A stretch of 64,000 nt of DNA. It comes from an uncultured Spirochaetota bacterium (GTDB lineage Bacteria; Spirochaetota; Spirochaetia; SZUA-6; Fen-1364). The stretch covers positions 640,001 to 704,000 of the forward strand of contig CAWGAA010000003.1 in the NCBI GenBank assembly GCA_963820525.1, read 5' to 3'. The notes beneath the pieces are model-generated. The model saw only the letters and a program-made list of their open reading frames with translations, ran no database searches and had not been told where the DNA came from. Positions 19,161 through 29,332 of this stretch are shown piece after piece (positions within the stretch are counted from its first letter, which is position 1; every line of letters starts with the position of its first letter). The position numbers and the translations under genes are program-made.

Positions 19161-20429
19161 ATGAAGGGGATCGAAGCCTGGTATTCCTCTTATGCCCTGC
19201 TCGGAGTCGCCGCCGCCGGGGTTCTGCCCATCCTGCTTCCCCTCGTCGTCGAACAGGGCGCGGGCGCCTCGGGGATCGGCCTCGTGATGGCCGCCTTCAG
19301 CCTCGGCGGGCTCTCGGCACCGCTATGGGGCAGGCTTGCGGACGCCCGGCGGCTCCATCGGGCGCTCCTGGCGGGGGGCCTGGCGCTCACCGCGGCGGCC
19401 TCGGCGGCCTTCCCCTTCCTCCCTTCGCTTTTCCCCCGAATCGCCCTCGCCTTCCTCCAGGGCACCGGCGTCGCCGCGGCCTCCACCACCGCCAACCTCT
19501 TCATCGTGGAGATGCACCCCCGCTCCGAATGGGACTCCAGGATCGGATGGCTTCAGACCTTCTACGGCGTCGGCCAGGTGGCGGGGCTGCTCCTCGCCGG
19601 CGCGCTCGGGCAGAGCCAGCCGCGTGCCGGCCTGGTTGCGGCGGGAGGGCTCGCCGCGGTGGCCATCATTCCCGCGCTTTTAACCGCGCCAAGGCCGCCT
19701 GGACGCCCATTGACGCGCCGGCCCGCGCTTACTCATGCCGCGCGCCACGCGGGATGGCCGTCGGGATCTCCGCAGGACATGTACCACCACGCAACAGGAA
19801 GGGGCCTGCGGCTCCTGGGCTCATCCGGGAGCGCCCTGTTCGGGCTCTTCCTCCTGGGCTGGCTTCTCAGCTACGGGGGCTGCGCGGCCCTCTTCTCCCT
19901 CTACCCCGTTGTGATGCAGAGGAGCTATGGCGTTGCCCCCGGGCTTTCATCCGTGGGCTTCGCAGTCTCCGCCGCGGCGGGACTGCTCCTCTACGCCCCC
20001 GCCGGCCGGTGGTCCAGCGGCGGGCGGTCAGTGACCGTGCTTCGCGTCGGGATCGCCGCCAGGCTTGCCGCATTCGCCGCTCTGTCTCTTCTAGCCTTTT
20101 CCCGGGGGATTTCGCAGGGGTGGCCCGCCCTTGGATCTTTCCTCGTCGTGGTGCTGGCCTGGTCCGTCCTGAGCGTGGCAAGCACAGCCCTTGTGGCGGA
20201 GATGCACGCCAAAGGCAAGAACGAGGGCGAAGGAATCGGCCTGTTCAATGCGTCGACTGCGCTCGCCGGTGTCATCGGCTCGGTTGGGGGCGGCCTGGCT
20301 GCCGGCGCCTGGGGCTTTGGCGCCGTGCCGGTTGTGGCGCTTGCCGGGACCGCGGCCGGGCTTGTCATCATGTTGTCAGGACGGTTCAGCCTGCCGCGCG
20401 CCGGCCCCACGGCGCGGGCTCGAGCATGA
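19161..20429 (+). CDS. MFS transporter
   Basis: About 12 hydrophobic segments; WGRLADARR motif A-like. Confidence 0.85.
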   Translation: MKGIEAWYSSYALLGVAAAGVLPILLPLVVEQGAGASGIGLVMAAFSLGGLSAPLWGRLADARRLHRALLAGGLALTAAASAAFPFLPSLFPRIALAFLQGTGVAAASTTANLFIVEMHPRSEWDSRIGWLQTFYGVGQVAGLLLAGALGQSQPRAGLVAAGGLAAVAIIPALLTAPRPPGRPLTRRPALTHAARHAGWPSGSPQDMYHHATGRGLRLLGSSGSALFGLFLLGWLLSYGGCAALFSLYPVVMQRSYGVAPGLSSVGFAVSAAAGLLLYAPAGRWSSGGRSVTVLRVGIAARLAAFAALSLLAFSRGISQGWPALGSFLVVVLAWSVLSVASTALVAEMHAKGKNEGEGIGLFNASTALAGVIGSVGGGLAAGAWGFGAVPVVALAGTAAGLVIMLSGRFSLPRAGPTARARA

Positions 20430-20445
20430 CCTGAGGAGGCTTTTC

Positions 20446-21552
20446 ATGAAAGCGATTTCCCTGACTGCCGGAACCACTTCGATCGAGCTTGCCGAGCGGC
20501 CGGTGCCGGCCGTCGCCGCGGAGAGCGAGGTGAAGGCCCGTGTCATACGGGTCGGCATCTGCGGCACGGATCGGGAGGAGGCGGCGGGTGGCCGCGCAAA
20601 GCCTCCTGAAGGAAAGAGCGGGCTCGTCATCGGGCACGAGATGCTCGGCCGGGTGGTGGAAACGGGGAAATCCGTCACACGCGTGAAAACGGGAGACCTC
20701 GTGGTCTTCACGGTGCGGCGCGGCTGCGGATCCTGCCTGCCCTGCGCCATGAACCGCTCCGACATGTGCCTCACCGGAGGCTACAGGGAGAGGGGGATCT
20801 GGGGCCTGGACGGCTACCAGACCGAGTACGTGGTGGACTCCGAGGGCTATGCGGTACACGTGCCTGAGGAGCTTGAGGCCGCGGGGGTGCTCACCGAGCC
20901 GTTGTCCGTGGCGGAGAAGGCGATAGACGAAGCGGTGCGGATCCAGACCTCACGCCTGCCCGAATCCGCGGCGCGGCCGTTCTGGCTCCATGGCAGGCGC
21001 TGCCTTGTGGCCGGCCTCGGGCCCATCGGCCTCCTGGCCGCGATGAGCCTGCGCCTGCGAGGCGCCAAGGTGTTCGGGCTGGACATCGTGGATGCCGGAA
21101 GCACACGTCCCCGCTGGCTTTCCCGCATCGGCGGCACATACCTGGATGCCCGCACGGTCCCGCCGGACAAGGTGGAAAAGACGATGGGCGGCATGGAGCT
21201 CATCCTGGAGGCGACGGGCGTGGCAGCCCTGGAGTTCAACCTCCTGGATGCCCTGGACACGAACGGGATCACCATGCTCACGGGGATTCCCGGCGGCGAC
21301 AGGCCGCTTCAGCTCCAGGGCGCCGAGCTGATCCGCAGGCTTGTTCTAGGAAACCAGGTCATGGCGGGCAGCGTCAACGCCTCCCGCGACCACTTCCAGA
21401 TGGCGGTGGACGACCTCGAGCGGGCGCGCACCCGCTGGCCCGGCCACGCGGAGCTTCTCATTACGAACCGCCATCCCTATGGAGATTTCGGCAAGGCGCT
21501 CGCAAGCCACGAGCCCGATGAAATCAAGGTGACAATCGAGTGGGCACGCTAA
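20446..21552 (+). CDS. Zn-dependent glucose 1-dehydrogenase (MDR, archaeal GDH-like)
   Basis: GAGGAGG SD; GICGTD, GHE, TVRRGCGSCLPC...C, YRERGI, GLGPIG, GSVNA. Confidence 0.88.
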   Translation: MKAISLTAGTTSIELAERPVPAVAAESEVKARVIRVGICGTDREEAAGGRAKPPEGKSGLVIGHEMLGRVVETGKSVTRVKTGDLVVFTVRRGCGSCLPCAMNRSDMCLTGGYRERGIWGLDGYQTEYVVDSEGYAVHVPEELEAAGVLTEPLSVAEKAIDEAVRIQTSRLPESAARPFWLHGRRCLVAGLGPIGLLAAMSLRLRGAKVFGLDIVDAGSTRPRWLSRIGGTYLDARTVPPDKVEKTMGGMELILEATGVAALEFNLLDALDTNGITMLTGIPGGDRPLQLQGAELIRRLVLGNQVMAGSVNASRDHFQMAVDDLERARTRWPGHAELLITNRHPYGDFGKALASHEPDEIKVTIEWAR

Positions 21553-21568
21553 AGAGAAAGGAAATGCA

Positions 21569-23995
21569 ATGTCCGAAGAGATAAGATTCGCCCCCGGCTG
21601 GCCCGGAATCGCCCCCCGCTGGACATCGAGCGCCAAGCAGGGGGTCGGCTCCTCCCTCAACCCGGCGAGCCGCGTTTGGTTCAGCGTGAGCCACGGGATC
21701 TTCAACGAGATCTACTACCCCCGGGTGGACCAGGCCTGCACCCGCGACATGGGGATGATTGTCACCTCGGACGACGGCTTCTTCTCCGAGGAGAAGAGGA
21801 GCGCGGAGCACAAGGTTTCCACGCTCGCGTCCGGCGTGCCGGCGTACGCGCTTTCCAACACAAGCGTCGACGGCCGCTACAGGATCGACAAGGAGGTGCT
21901 CACGGACCCCTGGCGGGAGGTGCTGCTGCAGAACACCCGCTTCACGGCCCTCACGGGGGCCCTGGGGAGCTACCGCCTCTACCTGATTCTCTCCCCGCAC
22001 ATTGCCAACAGGGGCTGGGGGAACACGGGCTGGCTGGGAGACTATAAAGGGGTCGAGATGCTCTTCGCACAGCGCGAGGGGACCTGCCTGGCGCTGGCCT
22101 GCTCCTGCCCCTGGCTGCGCCGTTCCGTGGGGTTCGTCGGCTCCTCCGACGGCTGGCAGGACTTGAGCCGAAACAAGCGCCTGACGGCGGTCTGGGACCG
22201 CGCGGAGAATGGAAACATTGCGCTCACGGCCGAGGTGGACCTCGCCTCCTCGAAGGGCGAGTTCGCGATCGCCCTCGGGTTCGGGGGCAACGCGGCAGAG
22301 GCGGGAAACCGCGCCCTGGCAAGCCTCGCCGACGGCTTCGATCACGCTAAGAGCCAGTACATCGCGGAGTGGCAACAGTGGCAGGAGCGCCTTTCATGGC
22401 GCGATGAGAGGCCGCGGGGCGAGAGCGGCCGGGATCGGTCAGCCGACATGCTTCGGACCAGCACCGCGATAATCCACGCCCATGAGGCGAAGAACTTCCC
22501 CGGAGGGATGATCGCGAGTCTCTCGGTCCCATGGGGCTTTTCCAAGGGAGACGATGACCTGGGAGGCTACCACCTGGTGTGGCCGCGGGACCTCGTTGAG
22601 ACGGCCGGGGGGATACTGGCGGCGGGGGGAACGGAGACGGTGGCCCGCGTGCTGCACTACCTCCAATCCACCCAGGAGCCGGACGGTCACTGGCCGCAGA
22701 ATATGTGGCTGGACGGGACGCCATACTGGTCGGGCATCCAGATGGACGAGACCGCCTTCCCCATCCTTTTAGTGGATCTCGCCTTGCGGCAGAAGGCGAT
22801 CGATGCGCATGAGCAGACGCGCATGTGGAGCATGGTGCGGCGCGCCGCCTCGTTCATCGTCCAAAACGGGCCGGTCACCCAGCAGGACCGCTGGGAGGAA
22901 GACCCCGGCTACTCCCCCTTCACTCTCGCGGTGGAGATCGCCGGCCTCCTGTGCGCGGCCGACATGGCGGATGTCCGCGGAGAGGCGCCCATTGCGCGGT
23001 ATCTCCGGGAAACGGCGGACTCCTGGAACGACGCGGTGGAGCGCTGGATCTACGCCGTAGGGACGGACCTTGCCCGAAAGCTCGGGGTTGAAGGCTACTA
23101 CGTTCGGATCTCTCCTCCCGATGTTGCCGATGCCCCCTCTCCAGCGGGAGGGTTCGTGCCGATCAAGAACCGGCCTCCGGGACAGGGCGTGGAGAGCGCC
23201 ACCCATATCGTGAGTGTCGATGCCCTGGCCCTTGTGCGCTTCGGGCTTCGGGCCGCGGACGATCCCAGGATCGTAAACACGGTGCGCGTCATTGATACGC
23301 TACTGAAGGTGGAAACGCCATCCGGCCCGGCCTGGCACAGGTACAACGACGACGGCTACGGAGAGCATGCCGACGGATCTCCGTTCGACGGAACGGGGAC
23401 CGGGAGGGCCTGGCCCCTCATCACGGGAGAGCGGGCGCACTACGAGCTTGCCGCCGGCCGCAAGGCCGAGGCGGAGAAGCTCTGCCGGGCCATGGAGGCA
23501 TTTGCCGGAGACGGCGGGCTGATCCCCGAGCAGGTATGGGATTCCGCCGACATCCCCGAACGCGAGCTTTTCTTCGGCAAGCCTTCGGGGTCCGCCATGC
23601 CCCTGCTCTGGGCGCACGCCGAGTACATCAAGCTTCGCCGCTCCATCTCTGACGGGAAAGTATTCGACATGCCGCCCCAGACCGTGAAACGCTACCTCGT
23701 CAATAAAACACATTCTCCCTACGCGGACTGGCGGCTGAACCAGAAGTGCCGTTTCATTCCGGTTGGAGAGACATTGCGCGTCGAGCTGCTCCAGGCCGCG
23801 CAGGTCCACTGGAGCACGGACGAGTGGAAGCACGCCCAGGACACGCAGACAAAACCAACGGGTCTCGGCGTTCACGTCGCCGACATTCCCACGGCGGATA
23901 TGCCCTCGGGCACCCGGATCGTCTTCACCCTCCGCTGGGCGGAGACCGGTTCCTGGGAAGGAACCGATTTCCGCCTGGAGGTGAGCGGAGGGTAG
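21569..23995 (+). CDS. GH15 glucoamylase/glucodextranase
   Basis: APGWPGI.PRWTSSAK, NEIYYP, IASLSVPWG, GYHLVWPRD, QMDE, QDRWEE, RYNDDGYGE, LIPEQVWD, AMPLLWAHAEY. Confidence 0.93.
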   Translation: MSEEIRFAPGWPGIAPRWTSSAKQGVGSSLNPASRVWFSVSHGIFNEIYYPRVDQACTRDMGMIVTSDDGFFSEEKRSAEHKVSTLASGVPAYALSNTSVDGRYRIDKEVLTDPWREVLLQNTRFTALTGALGSYRLYLILSPHIANRGWGNTGWLGDYKGVEMLFAQREGTCLALACSCPWLRRSVGFVGSSDGWQDLSRNKRLTAVWDRAENGNIALTAEVDLASSKGEFAIALGFGGNAAEAGNRALASLADGFDHAKSQYIAEWQQWQERLSWRDERPRGESGRDRSADMLRTSTAIIHAHEAKNFPGGMIASLSVPWGFSKGDDDLGGYHLVWPRDLVETAGGILAAGGTETVARVLHYLQSTQEPDGHWPQNMWLDGTPYWSGIQMDETAFPILLVDLALRQKAIDAHEQTRMWSMVRRAASFIVQNGPVTQQDRWEEDPGYSPFTLAVEIAGLLCAADMADVRGEAPIARYLRETADSWNDAVERWIYAVGTDLARKLGVEGYYVRISPPDVADAPSPAGGFVPIKNRPPGQGVESATHIVSVDALALVRFGLRAADDPRIVNTVRVIDTLLKVETPSGPAWHRYNDDGYGEHADGSPFDGTGTGRAWPLITGERAHYELAAGRKAEAEKLCRAMEAFAGDGGLIPEQVWDSADIPERELFFGKPSGSAMPLLWAHAEYIKLRRSISDGKVFDMPPQTVKRYLVNKTHSPYADWRLNQKCRFIPVGETLRVELLQAAQVHWSTDEWKHAQDTQTKPTGLGVHVADIPTADMPSGTRIVFTLRWAETGSWEGTDFRLEVSGG

Positions 23996-23999
23996 ACTT

Positions 24000-26900
24000 C
24001 TACTGGTCGAAATACCCCACGATCGTGTTGGCATGGTTGGTCGAGGTGGGCTGGTAGTTGGTCTCATTCCACACATCCTGGGCCGTCAGGTTCTGGTAGA
24101 GGTCTGCATTGACCGAAATACTGATCGGAATGTTGTTCTCGAGGAGAGTCTTCAGTATCGTAATCTGCGCAGCGGAAGTTATGTACACACTATACGCCAT
24201 GCCATAATCCCCAGCTGCCGGGATGTTGCTCCTGTACAGCGGCGCCTCTCTCCACGCCGCTTCGGATGGCCAGGAGGTCTTGTCGGTATCATAGTAAGGG
24301 AAAGTCTGCCAGCTCGCCGCCCCGATGTTGGAGAGAATGTCGGTATTGTCCGTCGAGTACGATCCCGTGTCCGCGCCTCCGTTGATCTGATGGTAGACGA
24401 AGTTGGGGCTGAAAAGCTTGTCCTGCATGCTGTCGGGCTGATGCGGCCATGAGCCTATCATCTTCACGGTGGAGAGGTCCCAGTTGTGCTCGAGGGCTTC
24501 CTGGAATGTCTTGATGTAGTACGTGGTGGACCAGGACGCGCAGGAGCCCTGGGACCCCTGGTTTCCGATGGGCGGGAAGGATTTCAAAGCGCTCAGGTCT
24601 ACAGAGAGCGGCGCGCCGAGGGGCCCGCCCGATTTCAGGGAATCCACGATCCGGGTCGTTTGCTGGATCCGCGCCCACTGCTCCTCCGTGGGAGGCCGCA
24701 GGCCCGTGCCGTGACCGTTGATGATCTTGTTGTAGTTCTTTCCCTTCTCCGCCACGCCGATGATTCTTTTCATCTGGCTGAGCTCGGCATCCGTCATGCG
24801 GTGCGAATTGACGAGGTTCGCGATCCTGGACTGCCCAACCAAGCTGAGCGCGAGGGGCGACGGCGTTCCGACGATTCCCGCTGTATAAATGTCGGCGTAC
24901 ACGGTGCCGCCATCAACCGTGCTCATGGGAAGCGTCGAATAGGATGCATAGGTAGCTTTTGTCCCTCCATACGTTGTGTATTTCTCGAGGGTGAAAGAAT
25001 TGATCGACCCAATGTCAGGATTTGCGTTGCTGTCGGTAACCTTGAGGAACAGATCGTAGCTATTGATATCCGCAGCGAACTCGGAAATGTCGAGGGCCAT
25101 GACGTTCGAGGGGAAAGCGATGGCATCGCCGGTTATTCCATAGTTGTAGAAGGTCTTTGTCTTGAATGGCGTGGTGTGAGAGCCAAGGCCAACGACGATG
25201 GTGCAGTCGCCCTTCTTTGGATGCGTGATGCCAAATGTCACAAGAAGCGTGGGATTATAGGCGGCCTTGTCCTCGAAGAACAGCGCATACATGCTGGCAT
25301 TTATAACAGCTTGGTACGTGATGAAGTAGAAGCCATCCTGGATGTTCTCCCACTTCGCCGTTCCATCGTTTGCCCCCCACGAGTTGGCCACCTTGAAGGT
25401 TCCAACCGGAGAAGGAACGACAAACGGCACGTTCGACCAAGCCGAATCGTTTCCTGATGGGCCGACTGCCTTCACCCTGTACCAGCGCTGCTGCCCCGCA
25501 GTGATGCCGGTGGTCTGGTCGTAGGAGACCACGTTCGCGCCGACCGTTGTCAAAGCGGCAAACCCGGTTGTTCCCGAGGTGGTGCTCGTTTCAATGCCAA
25601 AGCCCGTCTCACCCGTGGAGTTGTCTGTCCATGCGAGATGGACCGAGCTGGCGGTGGGGGCGGTAGCCGTGAGGTTGGTCGGCGCGGGCAGCGCCTGCGT
25701 CGTCGTCGCGCTCGGGACGTTGGACCACAGGGAATTGTTGCCCGCCGAGGCATTTGCCCTGACTCTGTACCAGTACGTCGTATTGCCGCTCAAGCCGGTG
25801 TTGGTGTACGTGGTGATGTTGATCGCTGTCGTTGTCACCAGGGCGAAACCGGTTGTGCCGCTCGTGCTGCTGCGCTCGACCCTGAACCCGCTTTCAGCGG
25901 TAGAGTTGTCCACCCAATCCAGCTTGATCGAGGTCATTGATTGCACGCTCAGAGTCAGGCCGGTGGGTGCCTGCAAGAGCGTCTTGGCACTTGCTGTGCT
26001 GGACCATGCCGAATTGTTCCCAGCCGGGCCCGCCGCGCTGACCCTGTACCAGTATGTCGTATTGACGCTCAGGCTTGAGGCATCTGTGTATGTCGTGGCG
26101 TTCGCCGCTGTCGTGGTAACGAGGTCGAACCCGCTGGTAGAGCCAGTGGAGCTGCGCTGCACGATGAATCCGGTCTCGTTGGCCGAGTTGTCGGTCCACG
26201 CGAGACTGATCGAGTCAGGGCCAATGGCCGTTGCCGTAAGGCCCGTGGGATTCAAGAGGAAGGTTGCCGCGCTCGCCGTGTTCGAATACCCGGATGGGCC
26301 GCCGGCGTTTGTCGCCTTGATCCTGTACCAGTAGATTGTGCCGGCGCTCCCGTTTGTGTCATTGTATGAGACCGCGTTTGCGGCAATGGAAGATGAGACC
26401 TCGCTGAAGCCCGTCGTGTCGGAAACCGAGCTTCTCTCCAGAGTGAACCCCGTCTCGTTGCCTGAGTTGTCGGTCCAGGTGAGGTCTATCTCATAGGAAG
26501 AGCTTGCGGTCGCGACAAGGTTCGTGGGTGCCGCTGGAGGCGTGACGGAGGTGGTAGCGGTGGCAACGTTCGACCATGCTGAATCGTTGCCCGCGGTGCC
26601 CGCGGCCTTGACCCTGTACCAGTAGGGTGTGGTGGCGCTCAAGCCGGTCGTGTCCGGATAGCCGGTGGTGTTGGCCGCGAGGGCGGCTATCTGGCTGAAG
26701 CCCGTTGTACTGGAAACGGCGCTTCGCTCGATTATGAATCCCGTTTCATCGGTTGAGTTGTCGGTCCACGTTAGGTTTATGGACGTTGCACCCGAGGAAG
26801 TGGCGACAAGGTTGCTCGGCGCATTCGGAACCACCGCGGGCGTCGTTGCGCTTGCGGTATTGGAGTAGGCGGATTTTCCGTCGCTTCCGACCGCCCGAAC

Positions 26901-27197
26901 ACGGAATGAATAGCCGGTCTGCGGGGTAAGCCCGGTGGCGAGGTATTGCTTGGCGTCCGCCGCCGTTGTCCCGAGCAGCGAGAACTGGCCTCCGGTCGCG
27001 CTCCCCTCCACTTCGAATCCGCTCTCGTTGTCCGATTTGTCGCTCCACGAAAGCTGAACCGACGTGGCAGAGACGCCGGTTGCCGTCAAGCTGTCAGGCG
27101 CCGCGGGAGGATTGCTGCTGGGGGTCGGGTTTGGACAGCCTGAAAAGAAAACAATCGAAAGGATCAAGAGGAGAATGGCCGCTTTGTTTTTGGACAT
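24000..27197 (-). CDS. Lipoprotein with six FN3 repeats and a circularly permuted papain-family (C1A) cysteine peptidase
   Basis: FFSGC lipobox; six WxDxSxxExGF FN3 units; then FKVANSWG (Asn, about 25374-25385), a putative pro-region NGHGTGLRPPT, PPIGNQGSQGSCASW (Cys 24540-24542), ending TNHANTIVGYFDQ* (His 24033-24035). Confidence 0.88.
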   Translation of the reverse strand: MSKNKAAILLLILSIVFFSGCPNPTPSSNPPAAPDSLTATGVSATSVQLSWSDKSDNESGFEVEGSATGGQFSLLGTTAADAKQYLATGLTPQTGYSFRVRAVGSDGKSAYSNTASATTPAVVPNAPSNLVATSSGATSINLTWTDNSTDETGFIIERSAVSSTTGFSQIAALAANTTGYPDTTGLSATTPYWYRVKAAGTAGNDSAWSNVATATTSVTPPAAPTNLVATASSSYEIDLTWTDNSGNETGFTLERSSVSDTTGFSEVSSSIAANAVSYNDTNGSAGTIYWYRIKATNAGGPSGYSNTASAATFLLNPTGLTATAIGPDSISLAWTDNSANETGFIVQRSSTGSTSGFDLVTTTAANATTYTDASSLSVNTTYWYRVSAAGPAGNNSAWSSTASAKTLLQAPTGLTLSVQSMTSIKLDWVDNSTAESGFRVERSSTSGTTGFALVTTTAINITTYTNTGLSGNTTYWYRVRANASAGNNSLWSNVPSATTTQALPAPTNLTATAPTASSVHLAWTDNSTGETGFGIETSTTSGTTGFAALTTVGANVVSYDQTTGITAGQQRWYRVKAVGPSGNDSAWSNVPFVVPSPVGTFKVANSWGANDGTAKWENIQDGFYFITYQAVINASMYALFFEDKAAYNPTLLVTFGITHPKKGDCTIVVGLGSHTTPFKTKTFYNYGITGDAIAFPSNVMALDISEFAADINSYDLFLKVTDSNANPDIGSINSFTLEKYTTYGGTKATYASYSTLPMSTVDGGTVYADIYTAGIVGTPSPLALSLVGQSRIANLVNSHRMTDAELSQMKRIIGVAEKGKNYNKIINGHGTGLRPPTEEQWARIQQTTRIVDSLKSGGPLGAPLSVDLSALKSFPPIGNQGSQGSCASWSTTYYIKTFQEALEHNWDLSTVKMIGSWPHQPDSMQDKLFSPNFVYHQINGGADTGSYSTDNTDILSNIGAASWQTFPYYDTDKTSWPSEAAWREAPLYRSNIPAAGDYGMAYSVYITSAAQITILKTLLENNIPISISVNADLYQNLTAQDVWNETNYQPTSTNHANTIVGYFDQ
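25415..27110 (-). repeat. Six tandem FN3 coding repeats (about 95 aa each)
   Basis: Recurring PxxL...WTDNSxxETGFxxERS...YWYRVxA...SAWS units. Confidence 0.85.
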
Positions 27198-27307
27198 ATT
27201 GCCTCTCGTTTCGAATGAGCGCTTAAGAGAATTGTAGCACGCAAAATGTCTGATGTCTAAGCAATGATGCACAAACAACAGCAGCATGGCGATCGGCCCC
27301 GGTTTTT

Positions 27308-27550
27308 ATCTGACTAAAACGGTCAGAGTCACGTTTGGAGGCAACTGGATCTGCCACGAGTTTGTCCCGCTCGCACCGGAGGCGGCAAGGTAATAGAGGT
27401 TCGATGCCCTGGGCATGACTCCTTGCGACAAGTCGGTCAGGACCGTGGGGCCGACGAGGCTCACGCGATAGTAATAAGTGGTGCTGGGAAGAAGGCCGGA
27501 ACGTCAGTGAACGTTGTGGCCGAACCGCTTTAGACCTGGGTGTCGTAGCT
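27308..27550 (-). pseudogene. Decayed FN3 gene remnant
   Basis: SYDTQV*SGSATTFTD/[frameshift]GLLPSTTYYYRV..., resembling TNQVYSGSSTYYTD and TDSGLSSSTTYYYQV of the neighbouring gene; TAA where a Tyr is expected; no start. Confidence 0.6.
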
Positions 27551-27585
27551 TAGCAAACGCGCGGGACGACTCCGTGAGGAAATGA

Positions 27586-27617
27586 GACGCCTCCGCGCTT
27601 GAAAGCGCGGAAGCGTC
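27586..27617 (-). terminator. Hairpin terminator after the FN3 lipoprotein gene
   Basis: GACGC-C-TCCGCGCTT-GA-AAGCGCGGA-A-GCGTC stem-loop 16 nt past the stop. Confidence 0.6.
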
Positions 27618-27633
27618 ATCTTTGTGAACGAAC

Positions 27634-29235
27634 CTAAGGTACTCGAATGCCTTTCGTTGATGGAACCGAGGGAGCGACAGGGGCGGAACCGCGTCCGCTC
27701 ATCACATCATTAAGATATTTCGTCAACGCATTAAGCAGCGTGGGCTGCTTGGTGACGACGACTGGGGAAAGCTGCTGGAAGCGCATATCTTCAGGAGTTC
27801 CCGGGAAGGACTCAGAAGACCCTACTGATGCGATAAACCCTGTCAGGCCACCGAAGCCGCCCGTATTGTAGAGATATTCGATAGTGTAGGTGTTGAGATA
27901 GAATTGGAAGTAATAGTTTGGATTGGAGTAGTAATAATAGCCTTCAATCCAGTTATCGGAGGAGTTGAAGCCGGTGTAGAGATGTGAGGAATACTTCCAA
28001 GCCACAAGAGAGCTTACTGAGCCACTTATGACCTGCTGAATTGTGTAATAACCGGTTGTATCGATCAGCAGCCTCATGTAATTATTGCCATCGCTGTAGT
28101 TAAAGATAACCCCATAGCCTTGTGTCGAATTGCCGCTCACCTTATGCATGAATGACGAGAGGGAAATTCCCGTAGACATGTAAGATCCAGTGATATACGC
28201 CAGAGCTACAGTGCCCAGTTTGGAGCTATCATTCGTTGCCCAGCGTATATAGCTGTTACCATCGTCTACCCATGCAATGGTTCCCGTGGGAACAGCGGAC
28301 ACATATGCAGACTTAGACGCGCTTGGGCCGGCGGAGTTCGATGCCTGCACTTTGTAGTAGTAGTAGGTTCCAAGAGCCACTAAGTTATCAGTGTAGTATG
28401 TTGAGCTGCCGGAATATACTTGGTTAGTGAACGACCCGCCAGAGCTCGTATCGCGGAACAGCTGATACGTGTCAGCGGTAGAAACCGAGTCCCAGCTCAA
28501 GGTCAATGCCGTCGCGGTGTTGCTGGATACATTAAGCCCGGTTGGGGTGTCGGGCGGCACGACACCACTTGTCGTCGTCCCGCTGACAGGTGGTGTTGAG
28601 TATGCGCTTGTCCCGTAGGTGTTTGAAGCGGCAACTTGATAGTAATAGGTTGTCGAGCTGCTAAGGCCGCTATCCGTAAAATACGTCGAGGCCCCAGTGT
28701 ATATCGTGCTGAAAGAACTGGGTGAGCCGATGGCCCGCTGTACAGTGTAGCTCGTTGCGCCAGAGGAGGCATTCCAGCTCACGTACAGCGATATTGAGGT
28801 TGGGCTTCCGACGGCAAGGCCGGTTGGAGTAGCCGGAGCTGACCCTCCCCCCGTGCTCGCCCATCCTTCGGCAGGGTTGCTTTTAGATCCTTCCTGATCT
28901 TTCGAGTTTACGCCAGAGACCTTGTAGAAGTAATGAGTCCCGGCGCTCACGCCCGTTCCGGTTATCACCGCGCCGGTAGTTGTTACGTCTCCGCTCAGCT
29001 GTGAGTAGAGTCCAGTCGCTGACGTCGCCTCATAGACGTAATACTTGACCGCATATTGGGCTGTATTCCAGGAGAGGTCGATCGCATCAGTCACAGTTCC
29101 CTGAGTCGCTACAAGCCCGGTCGGTGCTGCCGGAGTGGTGTCCTGCTCCTGCTGAGAACCCGCTTTCTTACAAGAAAGCGCAACGGAAGAAATGGATATG
29201 ATGATGATTGCTAACTTCAAAAGTCTCTTTTTCAT
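27634..29235 (-). CDS. FN3-repeat lipoprotein (3 FN3 + C-terminal beta-sandwich), lower GC
   Basis: GGAGG SD; MKKRLLK...ALSC lipobox; three PxxPTGL...YYYxVxA units; Tyr-rich beta domain. Confidence 0.85.
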   Translation of the reverse strand: MKKRLLKLAIIIISISSVALSCKKAGSQQEQDTTPAAPTGLVATQGTVTDAIDLSWNTAQYAVKYYVYEATSATGLYSQLSGDVTTTGAVITGTGVSAGTHYFYKVSGVNSKDQEGSKSNPAEGWASTGGGSAPATPTGLAVGSPTSISLYVSWNASSGATSYTVQRAIGSPSSFSTIYTGASTYFTDSGLSSSTTYYYQVAASNTYGTSAYSTPPVSGTTTSGVVPPDTPTGLNVSSNTATALTLSWDSVSTADTYQLFRDTSSGGSFTNQVYSGSSTYYTDNLVALGTYYYYKVQASNSAGPSASKSAYVSAVPTGTIAWVDDGNSYIRWATNDSSKLGTVALAYITGSYMSTGISLSSFMHKVSGNSTQGYGVIFNYSDGNNYMRLLIDTTGYYTIQQVISGSVSSLVAWKYSSHLYTGFNSSDNWIEGYYYYSNPNYYFQFYLNTYTIEYLYNTGGFGGLTGFIASVGSSESFPGTPEDMRFQQLSPVVVTKQPTLLNALTKYLNDVMSGRGSAPVAPSVPSTKGIRVP

Positions 29236-29304
29236 AATAAACCTCCATTTACTGCAAAATCTTCGATGTTGAACCTTCTCTAGTATTAGCTGAGACCGGA
29301 TATG

Positions 29305-29332
29305 ATTATACCACAGCTCTTTTTGCTGTCAA
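29305..29332 (-). promoter_or_regulatory. Consensus sigma70 promoter
   Basis: TTGACA-16-TATAAT with TGn extension. Confidence 0.7.

Noticed and set aside
25415..27110. CRISPR array or DGR-like repeats
   Set aside because: The repeats are diverged protein-coding FN3 units; no spacers, cas genes or reverse transcriptase
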